Assembly: GCA_017505745.1 (NCBI GenBank)
Contig: JAFVOP010000112.1
Location: 1 to 56,107, forward strand
Length of the DNA stretch: 56,107 nucleotides
Reading direction: 5' to 3'
Source: Clostridia bacterium
Lineage (GTDB): Bacteria > Bacillota > Clostridia > Oscillospirales > CAG-272
Part shown: positions 16,521 to 24,257 of the stretch, piece by piece
Layout: the number at the start of each line of letters is the position of its first letter
Position numbering within the stretch: the first letter of the stretch is position 1
Translations under genes and position numbers: made by a program
Notes under the pieces: generated by a model
Seen by the model: the letters and a program-made list of their open reading frames with translations, nothing else
Told to the model about the DNA's origin: nothing
The model's database searches: none

Positions 16521-17357
16521 TCAGAAAAAATGCAAGAAGGAGCAAAACGTAGCCAAAGCAATGGCTACCGCAATGATGGAATCAAAGCGATCCAAGACAC
16601 CGCCGTGCCCGGGGAAAATTTTTCCGTAGTCCTTGATCCCGTAGGTTCGCTTGATCAAGGACATCGAAAGGTCACCGATCTGCGCCACCACGGCAGAAAT
16701 CAAGCCGGCAAGCGCAAAAATCCAGTAGGCGGAAGCGCTCAATTCGGTATTGTGATTGATAATTGCTCCGTAGGCCACCATGGCAATTACGGCAAACACC
16801 GTGCCTCCAATGCTTCCCTCCACCGTTTTTTTAGGACTTACGTCGGGAAGCAGCTTATGCTTTCCGCCGCGCCCAAACAGCATGCCGCAAAAATAAGCAA
16901 AGGTATCGGTTACCCAGGCTCCCAGGAAAACGGCAAGGTAGACAAATTCTCCTCCGGTTTGAAAATCGCGCAACACCAAAATCGAGTTAAAGCCGGCCAA
17001 TACGTAAAAAACGGTAAGGAAACAGATGGAAACGTCCGCAAGCTTGAATTTTCCGTGCGAAAAGGTCAAAACCGCAAGGAAATACAGCGAAACAACCAAG
17101 CAAGCCACCAATGCGGCGCGCCGCACAAGATTGTGATCCGTTACATAGCGGATCAAAAAAGGCAATCCGGCGGCAATCAGATAGAGAGGAACCGAAAGCA
17201 CCCATGCCGAGCGCAATTGGATACAATTCATAAGTTCATATACAGCAATTACCGAGCAAAGCGCAATAAAGATCGGGAAAAGCACGGTATTCGAAAAGAT
17301 CAATACCGGCAAAAAGATGCCAAGAGCAACGATTGCCGTAATAATCCTGGTTTTCAT
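16521..17357 (-). CDS. cdsA: Phosphatidate cytidylyltransferase
   Basis: 278-aa polytopic ORF with the C-terminal signature 'SLIKRTYGIKDYGKIFPGHGGVLDRFDS'. Confidence 0.9.
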   Translation of the reverse strand: MKTRIITAIVALGIFLPVLIFSNTVLFPIFIALCSVIAVYELMNCIQLRSAWVLSVPLYLIAAGLPFLIRYVTDHNLVRRAALVACLVVSLYFLAVLTFSHGKFKLADVSICFLTVFYVLAGFNSILVLRDFQTGGEFVYLAVFLGAWVTDTFAYFCGMLFGRGGKHKLLPDVSPKKTVEGSIGGTVFAVIAMVAYGAIINHNTELSASAYWIFALAGLISAVVAQIGDLSMSLIKRTYGIKDYGKIFPGHGGVLDRFDSIIAVAIALATFCSFLHFF

Positions 17358-17393
17358 AACGAAATCCTTTCTGAAAGAACGTAGTAAAGAGAA

Positions 17394-18122
17394 TTAAACT
17401 CCGCCATAACGGCGTTTTCTGGAATAAAATGCGGAAACCGCACGGTCAACGTCCTCGGCGGAATAATCGGGCCAGAGAACGTCGGTGAAATAATATTCCG
17501 TATAAGCGGACTGCCACAACAGAAAGTTTGAGGTGCGCAGATCCCCGCCGGTTCGCACGATCAGGTCGGGATCCGGGCAGCAGGCCGTGTAGATGTTTCG
17601 GCTGATATCCTCTTCCGTCACATTGGTCTTTCCCTGCTTGATCAGCTCGTTGCAGGCGTGCGCGATCTCTTCTCTTCCGCCGTAATTCACCGCAATATTG
17701 AGAATAAACGGCTTGTGCGAGGTTTCACGGTCAATCTTATCCATCTTTTGACGAAGCGAATCGGGAAAAATATCGAGATTGCCAATGAAACGGAAATGTA
17801 CGTTATCATCCTCCATCTCCAAAAAACATTCTTCGATATAGTCATCAAACAGCTTCATGATCGCATCAACCTCTTTTTGAGGACGCTTCCAGTTTTCAGT
17901 AGAAAAGGCATAAACCGTCATGTATTTCATACCGATGCTCTCGCAATAGCGACCGATCTTTTTAAAGGTAGCCGCACCGTGGGTATGTCCAAATTCGCGC
18001 GGCATACCGCGCTTTTGCGCCCACCGACCGTTTCCGTCCATGATGAACGCAATATGTTGCAGACGATCGTCTACCTGTATTTTTTCCACCTTTGGATGCT
18101 TCTTCTTCCAAAACATGCGCAT
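17394..18122 (-). CDS. uppS: Isoprenyl transferase (undecaprenyl diphosphate synthase)
   Basis: 242-aa ORF with 'HIAFIMDGNGRWA', 'YAFSTENWKRP' and 'IRTGGDLRTSNFLLWQSAYTE'. Confidence 0.95.
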   Translation of the reverse strand: MRMFWKKKHPKVEKIQVDDRLQHIAFIMDGNGRWAQKRGMPREFGHTHGAATFKKIGRYCESIGMKYMTVYAFSTENWKRPQKEVDAIMKLFDDYIEECFLEMEDDNVHFRFIGNLDIFPDSLRQKMDKIDRETSHKPFILNIAVNYGGREEIAHACNELIKQGKTNVTEEDISRNIYTACCPDPDLIVRTGGDLRTSNFLLWQSAYTEYYFTDVLWPDYSAEDVDRAVSAFYSRKRRYGGV

Positions 18123-18146
18123 TCCCTCTCTTTTTACGTCTTTTGA

Positions 18147-18175
18147 GAAGAAGGCGGCGTTCCGCCGCCTTCTTC
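18147..18175 (-). other. Perfect 13-bp GC-rich hairpin between frr and uppS with no U-tract
   Basis: The arms are gaagaaggcggcg and cgccgccttcttc with a TTC loop. No T-run follows on either strand. Confidence 0.6.
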
Positions 18176-18203
18176 AAAATCTAAAAATGCAATTACGGAC
18201 AGA

Positions 18204-18758
18204 TCAAAGCTTAAGGATTTCCTTTTCCTTTTTCGAGGTAATATCATCGATCATCTTTACAAACCGATCAGTCAGATCCTGCACCGACTTTTCTCCCGCC
18301 TTCTGCTCGTCCTCAGTCATCAGGCCTTCTTTTTTCTGCTTTTTGATGTCGTCATTGGCATCTCTGCGAATGTTACGAATAGCAACACGCGCCTCTTCGC
18401 CCATCTTTTGGATCTGCTTTGCAAGGCTTTTACGGTGCTCCTCGGTCAGAGGCGGGAACACCAAACGGATCACAGATCCGTCATCTGCAGGGGTAATTCC
18501 GATATCCGATGCCAACAGTGCCTTTACCATGGCCTTCAAGGTGGAGCGGTCATAGGGGGTAATCGTCAGCGTTTTAGGATCGGTTACCGCAACCGAGGCC
18601 ATATCCACCAGTCTTGTGGGCGCGCCGTAGTATTCAAACGTCACCTTGGAAACGATGGCAGTGTTGGCCTGACTTGCACGGATAGTGGAAAGATTGCTTT
18701 CATAAGCGTTTACGCTTTTTTGCATTTTTTCTTCAGCAGTTTTCGTGTTGTACTTCAT
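18204..18758 (-). CDS. frr: Ribosome recycling factor
   Basis: 184-aa ORF with 'IRASQANTAI', 'ITPYD', 'IRLVFPPLTEE' and 'AIRNIRRDANDD'. Confidence 0.95.
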   Translation of the reverse strand: MKYNTKTAEEKMQKSVNAYESNLSTIRASQANTAIVSKVTFEYYGAPTRLVDMASVAVTDPKTLTITPYDRSTLKAMVKALLASDIGITPADDGSVIRLVFPPLTEEHRKSLAKQIQKMGEEARVAIRNIRRDANDDIKKQKKEGLMTEDEQKAGEKSVQDLTDRFVKMIDDITSKKEKEILKL

Positions 18759-18812
18759 AAATTCTACTCCGTTTTTGAAACAAACGGTTTTCCTTTCTAT
18801 GTAAATGTTTGA

Positions 18813-19526
18813 TCAGTTATGAATGGCGGTTCCAACCGCTTCGCCCATTACCACGCGGTAGATATTTTCGGGGTCGGCCAAGCCAAATGCATACCCATTG
18901 ATGTTGTTATCCATGCAGAAGATGGCTGAGCTCATATCCAAGGCACGCAGGTTTTCGTCCAGCATCTGCCGATAGGTCAGATCCGTATAACGAACGGCTG
19001 TGGGATCCAGATTGGGATCCGCGTTGTAAATCGCATCGATGTTCTTTGCCATCAGGATGCAGTCCGCACCGATCTCCGCTGCACGGAGTGCGGCTGCCGT
19101 ATCGGTGGAAAAGAAGGGGGTTCCAAGTCCGCACCCAAAGATCACAACCTTCCCGGTTTCCAGTGCCCGGATCGCATCCCGCGAATTGTAGGGATCTGCA
19201 AAGGCTTTCATTTCCACGGCCGTCATGACAACCGCATCCATACCCTCGCGCAAAAAAACGTCCTGAAGCGCCAGCGAGTTGATTGCCGTTGCCAGCATTC
19301 CCATGTGATCGGCACGGCAACGGTCCATTCCGGTGCCCTGTCTGCCACGCCAAATATTTCCGGCGCCCACGATCACCGCCATCTGTACGCCTGCATCCAC
19401 GCAACGCTTGATCTGCTTGGCAACGGTTGCCATAAAATCAAAATCCAGAATTGCGTCACCGTTTGCAGGAGCAAGAGCCTCACCGGAAAGCTTGAGTAAA
19501 ACGCGTTTGTACTTTGGTGTTTTCAT
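18813..19526 (-). CDS. pyrH: UMP kinase
   Basis: 237-aa ORF with 'YKRVLLKLSGEAL', 'VVGAGNIWRG', 'DHMGMLATAINSLAL' and 'FSTDTAAALRAAEI'. Confidence 0.95.
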   Translation of the reverse strand: MKTPKYKRVLLKLSGEALAPANGDAILDFDFMATVAKQIKRCVDAGVQMAVIVGAGNIWRGRQGTGMDRCRADHMGMLATAINSLALQDVFLREGMDAVVMTAVEMKAFADPYNSRDAIRALETGKVVIFGCGLGTPFFSTDTAAALRAAEIGADCILMAKNIDAIYNADPNLDPTAVRYTDLTYRQMLDENLRALDMSSAIFCMDNNINGYAFGLADPENIYRVVMGEAVGTAIHN

Positions 19527-19567
19527 AAAAAGATCTCCTGATAATAAAATCTGTTTCTCTCCTCAAT

Positions 19568-19596
19568 ATTTTACTACAAAAACTTCCTTTTGTAAA
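19568..19596 (-). promoter_or_regulatory. Putative sigma-A promoter for the pyrH-to-polC operon (TTTACA, 17-nt spacer, TAAAAT)
   Basis: On the minus strand TTTACA is the reverse complement of 19591-19596 and TAAAAT the reverse complement of 19568-19573, with a 17-nt spacer. It lies about 40 nt upstream of the pyrH start. Confidence 0.45.
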
Positions 19597-19652
19597 CACC
19601 TTTTTTGTAAATAAATCGATTCCTTTTCAACTTTCTTCCGAAATAATTAGAA

Positions 19653-19697
19653 AAGCCGCAATATTGCGCCCGATTCGAGAACAATAATGCGGCTTTA
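19653..19697 (-). terminator. Intrinsic terminator after the SDR gene
   Basis: On the minus strand GCCGCATTATTG pairs with CAATATTGCGGC (12 bp with one mismatch) around a 15-nt loop, followed by TTTTCT. Confidence 0.6.
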
Positions 19698-19710
19698 CGT
19701 ATATTTGCGA

Positions 19711-20517
19711 TTATCCTCTGGTCTTACCGCCTGCTACGTTGAGCGTAACACCGGTGATGTAACCTGCCTTGTCACTTGCCATGAATGCAGTGGTAGTAGC
19801 AACCTCGGAAAGCTTTCCGGAGCGTCCGAGAGGAGTGGTTCCGGTCTTGCTGTATCCTGCTCTGAGCTGCTCCACGGTAATGCCTCTGGTGTAAGCCAGT
19901 GCCGTTTCGTAGGAGATGGTGCGAAGTCCGGTTGCTTCCATGATACCGGGAGCGATACCAACCACGCGGATACCGAACTTACCAAGCTCCTTGGACCAGG
20001 AGCGGGTCAGCGCGTTTACTGCTGCCTTGGAAGCCGCATAAATGCTCTGTCCCTCGGATCCCTCAAGGCCACACTCGGAGGACATATTCACCACAACACC
20101 GCTCTTCTTTGCCTTCATGATGCGAACGGCCTCCTGCGAGCAGAAGATCAAGCCCTTGAGGTTTACGTTCATTACCTTGTCCATAACGGCCTCATCCAGC
20201 TCATACTGTCCGGCCTCGTCCACCAGCAATCTGGGGATATTGATACCGGCATTGTTTACCAGAACGTCAACGGTTCCAAACTTTGCAACCACCTTCTCGT
20301 ACATTGCAACCACGTCAGCCTTCGAGGTAACGTCGGTCTTTACGTACAGCATATTTGCATCGGTTGCACCTGCAAATGCAGGAGCTTCTGCAGCAATGTC
20401 ACATACAACAACCTTTGCGCCGTCATTCAAAAATTCTTCCACGATCGCATAACCGATTCCGCTTGCGCCACCGGTTACGATTACGACCTTGCCTTCCAAA
20501 CCCAACCAGTTTTCCAT
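19711..20517 (-). CDS. SDR-family oxidoreductase (classical short-chain dehydrogenase)
   Basis: 268-aa ORF with 'VTGGASGIG', 'NNAG' and the catalytic 'S..YAASKAA'. The C-terminal tail 'GYITGVTLNVAGG' is typical. The substrate cannot be assigned. Confidence 0.85.
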   Translation of the reverse strand: MENWLGLEGKVVIVTGGASGIGYAIVEEFLNDGAKVVVCDIAAEAPAFAGATDANMLYVKTDVTSKADVVAMYEKVVAKFGTVDVLVNNAGINIPRLLVDEAGQYELDEAVMDKVMNVNLKGLIFCSQEAVRIMKAKKSGVVVNMSSECGLEGSEGQSIYAASKAAVNALTRSWSKELGKFGIRVVGIAPGIMEATGLRTISYETALAYTRGITVEQLRAGYSKTGTTPLGRSGKLSEVATTTAFMASDKAGYITGVTLNVAGGKTRG

Positions 20518-20599
20518 AATATTGATCCTTCCTTAAAAAAGAATTGTATATTGGTGTACGGGTTTTAAAAATACTTTCAAAACCCGTACAAAAATAAAC

Positions 20600-21523
20600 T
20601 TATTTACCTGCGGTCATCTTTGCAATTTCTTCTGCAAAGTTTTCCTCTCTCTTCTGGATGCCTTCGCCCTTCTCAAAGCGATAGAAATCCACAACCTCGA
20701 TGTTGCCGCCAAGCTCCTTCGCAGTAGCTTTCACGTACTGACCCACCTTCATGTCCTCGTCCTTGACATAGGTCATATCCAGCAGGCAGTTGTTATCGTA
20801 GAACTTCGAGATTCTACCCATAACCATCTTTTCCTTGATCGCATCGGGCTTCTTCGCATTTGCGGGATCGTTTGCGATCTGTGCAAGCAGAATGCCCTTC
20901 TCCTCCTCGAGTACCGAAGCGGGAACCTGCTCACGGCAGAGGTAAGGCGTGGGATATGCGCCGATCTGGAGTGCTACGTTCTTTGCGAACACAGCAAACT
21001 CGGGCTTGTCCTCAACGTCAGTTACAAACTTTGCAATAACGCCGATCGAGCCGGTGCCGTGAATATAGGTGCTGGTAACGCCGTCTACAACAACAAAGCG
21101 GCGAACCGTCAGCTTTTCACCGATCTTGAAGATCATTTCCTTAACCTTTTCTTCAACGGTCATCTCATCGTCATACTTGCAAGCCATCAAAGCGTCTACG
21201 TCAGCGGGCTTCTGTGCGATGAGGATCTTAAGCAGATCCTTAACGAATGCCTGGAAGGTCTCGTTCTTTGCAACAAAGTCGGTCTCGGAGTTTACTTCGA
21301 TCATTGCGGTGGTGCCGTTTTCCTTCAGAATTTCAACCACACCGTCAGCAGCAATTCTGGAAGCCATCTTGGACTCTGCCTTGAGCTCGCCCTTTTCACG
21401 AAGGATCTTAATTGCAGCCTCAACATCGCCGTTTGCCTCAACCAGCGCCTTCTTGCACTCCATCATACCGATACCGGTCTTTGCGCGAAGCGCAGCAACG
21501 TCTTTTGCAGTAATAGTAGCCAT
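20600..21523 (-). CDS. tsf: Elongation factor Ts
   Basis: 307-aa ORF with 'ITAKDVAALRAKTGIGMMECKKALVEANGDVEAAIKILREKG'. Confidence 0.95.
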   Translation of the reverse strand: MATITAKDVAALRAKTGIGMMECKKALVEANGDVEAAIKILREKGELKAESKMASRIAADGVVEILKENGTTAMIEVNSETDFVAKNETFQAFVKDLLKILIAQKPADVDALMACKYDDEMTVEEKVKEMIFKIGEKLTVRRFVVVDGVTSTYIHGTGSIGVIAKFVTDVEDKPEFAVFAKNVALQIGAYPTPYLCREQVPASVLEEEKGILLAQIANDPANAKKPDAIKEKMVMGRISKFYDNNCLLDMTYVKDEDMKVGQYVKATAKELGGNIEVVDFYRFEKGEGIQKREENFAEEIAKMTAGK

Positions 21524-21551
21524 GTTATCCTTTTCCTTTCAAAATCAGTAA

Positions 21552-22289
21552 TTACTCAGCGTCGGCAGCTGCCTCTTCGGTAGCAGCCTCCTCTGCAACG
21601 TCAGCCTCACCCTGCTTGCCTTCGATCATAGCATCAGCCAGAGCCGAGGAGATCAGCTTAATTGCACGAATCGCGTCGTCGTTACCGGGAATGATATAGT
21701 CTGCATCGTCAGGATCGCAGTTGGTATCCACGATAGCAATTACCGGAATGCCAAGCTTCTTTGCCTCAAGAACGGCATTTCTTTCCTTCTTGGGGTCTAC
21801 GATAAAGATTGCGTCAGGCAGTCTTTCCATGGTCTTGATACCGCCGTAGCTCTTCTCCAGGTCAAAGATCTCCTTCTGCATAGAAGCAACTTCCTTCTTG
21901 GGAAGCAGATCAAACGTGCCGTCCTCCTGCATCTTGTACAGGTCGTTGAGACGGTTGATGGACTTCTTGATGGTCTTGAAGTTGGTCATCATGCCGCCGG
22001 GCCAACGAACGTTTACGTAGTACATACCGCAACGGGTAGCCTCTTCCTTGATCGCCTCTGCGGCCTGCTTCTTGGTACCAACGAACAGGATCGTTCCGTT
22101 GTTCTCGGAGAGCTCACGAACAAAGTTGTAAGCCTCGTCAAACTTCTTCACGGTTTTCTGCAGGTCGATGATATAGATCCCGTTTCTCTCCGTGAAGATG
22201 TATTCCTGCATCTTCGGGTTCCATCTTCTGGTGTGGTGTCCGAAATGAACACCTGCTTCAAGCAGCTGCTTGATAGAAATAACAGACAT
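21552..22289 (-). CDS. rpsB: 30S ribosomal protein S2
   Basis: The 245 aa start at '[27 protein letters not shown]'. A GAAGGAGG RBS lies 7 nt upstream of ATG 22289. The track ORF start at 22352 is not used. Confidence 0.95.
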   Translation of the reverse strand: MSVISIKQLLEAGVHFGHHTRRWNPKMQEYIFTERNGIYIIDLQKTVKKFDEAYNFVRELSENNGTILFVGTKKQAAEAIKEEATRCGMYYVNVRWPGGMMTNFKTIKKSINRLNDLYKMQEDGTFDLLPKKEVASMQKEIFDLEKSYGGIKTMERLPDAIFIVDPKKERNAVLEAKKLGIPVIAIVDTNCDPDDADYIIPGNDDAIRAIKLISSALADAMIEGKQGEADVAEEAATEEAAADAE

Positions 22290-22494
22290 TTCAATGTCCT
22301 CCTTCGGTTTTTCCACCACCGCAACGCATTGCCAAAACCGCAATCGCGGCACCGCTGCAACGTTCGTTCGGTGTGTGTGATATTATATTTTGCCCTCCAA
22401 ATCCGCATTCAAATCAGCTTCGGACGCAATTACAACAGATTATACCATATACAGAGATGCTTTGCAAGCGTATTTTTGTTTGTTTACACTTTTT

Positions 22495-23295
22495 TTACAT
22501 TTCACGAAGCTTTGAAAGTATATTTTTGCTGTACTCAGAGGGCTTTTGCCCGGTAATCGATAAAAAAACGTCATTAAAGGTTCGAATACTTTGAAAACCG
22601 CATTGCAGCGAGATCTCCGTGACTGACATCTCTCCCGCCTTGAGCAACCGGATCGCATGATCCACGCGGTATTCGTTCACGATCTGCTTGAAGCGGATAT
22701 TGTAGCTTTTGTTGAGTACTCTGGAAAGATAATGATATTCATACCCAAAGTGTTGCGCAACCGATTCCAAAGAAATATCTTCCCGGTAATGCATTTCTAC
22801 ATAATCCAAAATCTGACAAATAAGGTTGTCATTCTTGGTTTTTCTCGCTTCCAGCGGAACCTGCCGCAGATACTGATCGCAAAGCGCGTAGAGACAGGAT
22901 TTTTTCAGCATCAGGGAAGGCTTTCCCATAATGAGATATTCGGTTACGTAATCCATCACCGTTTCATCGGGAGAAAACCGCGGCGTACTTCCCTGCTTAT
23001 CCCGTATATAGGAGGAAAAATCGGAAACAAAATCCTCTGAGAATACCGCGACCCAAACCAACGTATTGGCATCGACCGAAAAGGAATGGATCTGATTGGA
23101 AAGCACAATTGCCCAGCTTCCGGTCTCCACCTCTACCTCGGTTTCGTTGACATTTAAAAGGATCTTCCCCTTCATCACATGGATCAGTTCAAAATTTTTA
23201 TGAAAATGCGGCGGCCAGACCGTGTTGCTGTAAGTAAAGGCATTGTAATTATTGTTTCCGCGAGAATTATGCTGTTGATGCATCGTATGAAACAT
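22495..23295 (-). CDS. AraC-family transcriptional regulator (cupin sensor plus HTH), divergent from the glycyl-radical genes
   Basis: The N-terminal cupin contains 'HFHKNFELIHVMKG'. The C-terminal AraC HTH contains 'VAQHFGYEYHYLSRVL' and 'ISLQCGFQSIRTFNDVF'. The ATG start at 23295 has a GGAGG RBS. The track start at 23352 is TTG. Confidence 0.8.
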   Translation of the reverse strand: MFHTMHQQHNSRGNNNYNAFTYSNTVWPPHFHKNFELIHVMKGKILLNVNETEVEVETGSWAIVLSNQIHSFSVDANTLVWVAVFSEDFVSDFSSYIRDKQGSTPRFSPDETVMDYVTEYLIMGKPSLMLKKSCLYALCDQYLRQVPLEARKTKNDNLICQILDYVEMHYREDISLESVAQHFGYEYHYLSRVLNKSYNIRFKQIVNEYRVDHAIRLLKAGEMSVTEISLQCGFQSIRTFNDVFLSITGQKPSEYSKNILSKLREM

Positions 23296-23405
23296 ATCCG
23301 CCTCCAAAAAAGATAATTTTCTGCTACTATTATACAACAAAATTCTTTTCAAATCAAGTGTTTTTTCGTATAATATAATTGCAGAAGTAAAAAAAGGGGG
23401 GCAAT

Positions 23406-24257
23406 ATGGAAAAAGGCATTGTATTTTCTATTGAAGAATTCTCTGTTTACGACGGGCCCGGAATCCGAACCACCGTATTTCTGAAGGGATGTCCTTTGCA
23501 TTGCATGTGGTGCCACAGCCCCGAGGGGCAAAGCTTTGCTCCCGAAATGATTCGCTCACCAAACGGCTGCTTGCATTGCGATGCTTGTATCAAAAAAGGG
23601 ATAGAGCTCACCGGACAGCCGCAGATCGTGAAAGAAAGCGCGGCGGTTTGCCCGCGAAATCTGATCCGTCAGGCCGGGGATGAATATTCGGTAGAAGAAC
23701 TTGTTGTAAAATTAAAGAAAAACGCCGCGATCCTGAATGCTTCCGGCGGAGGTGTTACCTTTTCCGGGGGCGAGCCCTTGAGACAACCCCGTTTTTTGAA
23801 CGCCTGTTTGAAAGCTTTGGACGGTGTTATGCACCGTGCCATTCAGACAAGCGGCTTCTCTTCGCCAAGGATCTTTTCGGAAATTATGAAAAACAGCGAT
23901 TATTTTTTGTTTGATCTGAAGCTGATGGACCCGAATAAACATCTTTATTACTGCGGGCAAAGTAACGCCGTGATCCTGGAAAATTACCGTATCCTTGCCG
24001 CCTCCGGCAAGGAGTTCATCACCAGGATCCCCGTAATTCCAACCGTGAACGATACCGAAGAAAATCTGACGGCCACCGCCGCATTTATGAAAGAAAACCA
24101 AGTAAAAAAAGTGGAGCTGCTTCCCTATCACAAACTAACCGGAAGCAAGTACGCCATGACGGGACGCAAATATGCTCCCGAATTTGATGAAACAATCCCT
24201 CCGCAATTACATCCTGAAATTTTTGAAAATTATGGAATTGAGGTAAACGTATTATGA
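23406..24257 (+). CDS. Glycyl-radical enzyme activating protein (radical SAM)
   Basis: 283-aa ORF with 'DGPGIRTTVFLKGCPLHCMWCHSPE' (Cys29, Cys33, Cys36). It has one additional Cys cluster, 'CLHCDAC...VCP', and 'VTFSGGEPL'. Confidence 0.9.
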   Translation: MEKGIVFSIEEFSVYDGPGIRTTVFLKGCPLHCMWCHSPEGQSFAPEMIRSPNGCLHCDACIKKGIELTGQPQIVKESAAVCPRNLIRQAGDEYSVEELVVKLKKNAAILNASGGGVTFSGGEPLRQPRFLNACLKALDGVMHRAIQTSGFSSPRIFSEIMKNSDYFLFDLKLMDPNKHLYYCGQSNAVILENYRILAASGKEFITRIPVIPTVNDTEENLTATAAFMKENQVKKVELLPYHKLTGSKYAMTGRKYAPEFDETIPPQLHPEIFENYGIEVNVL

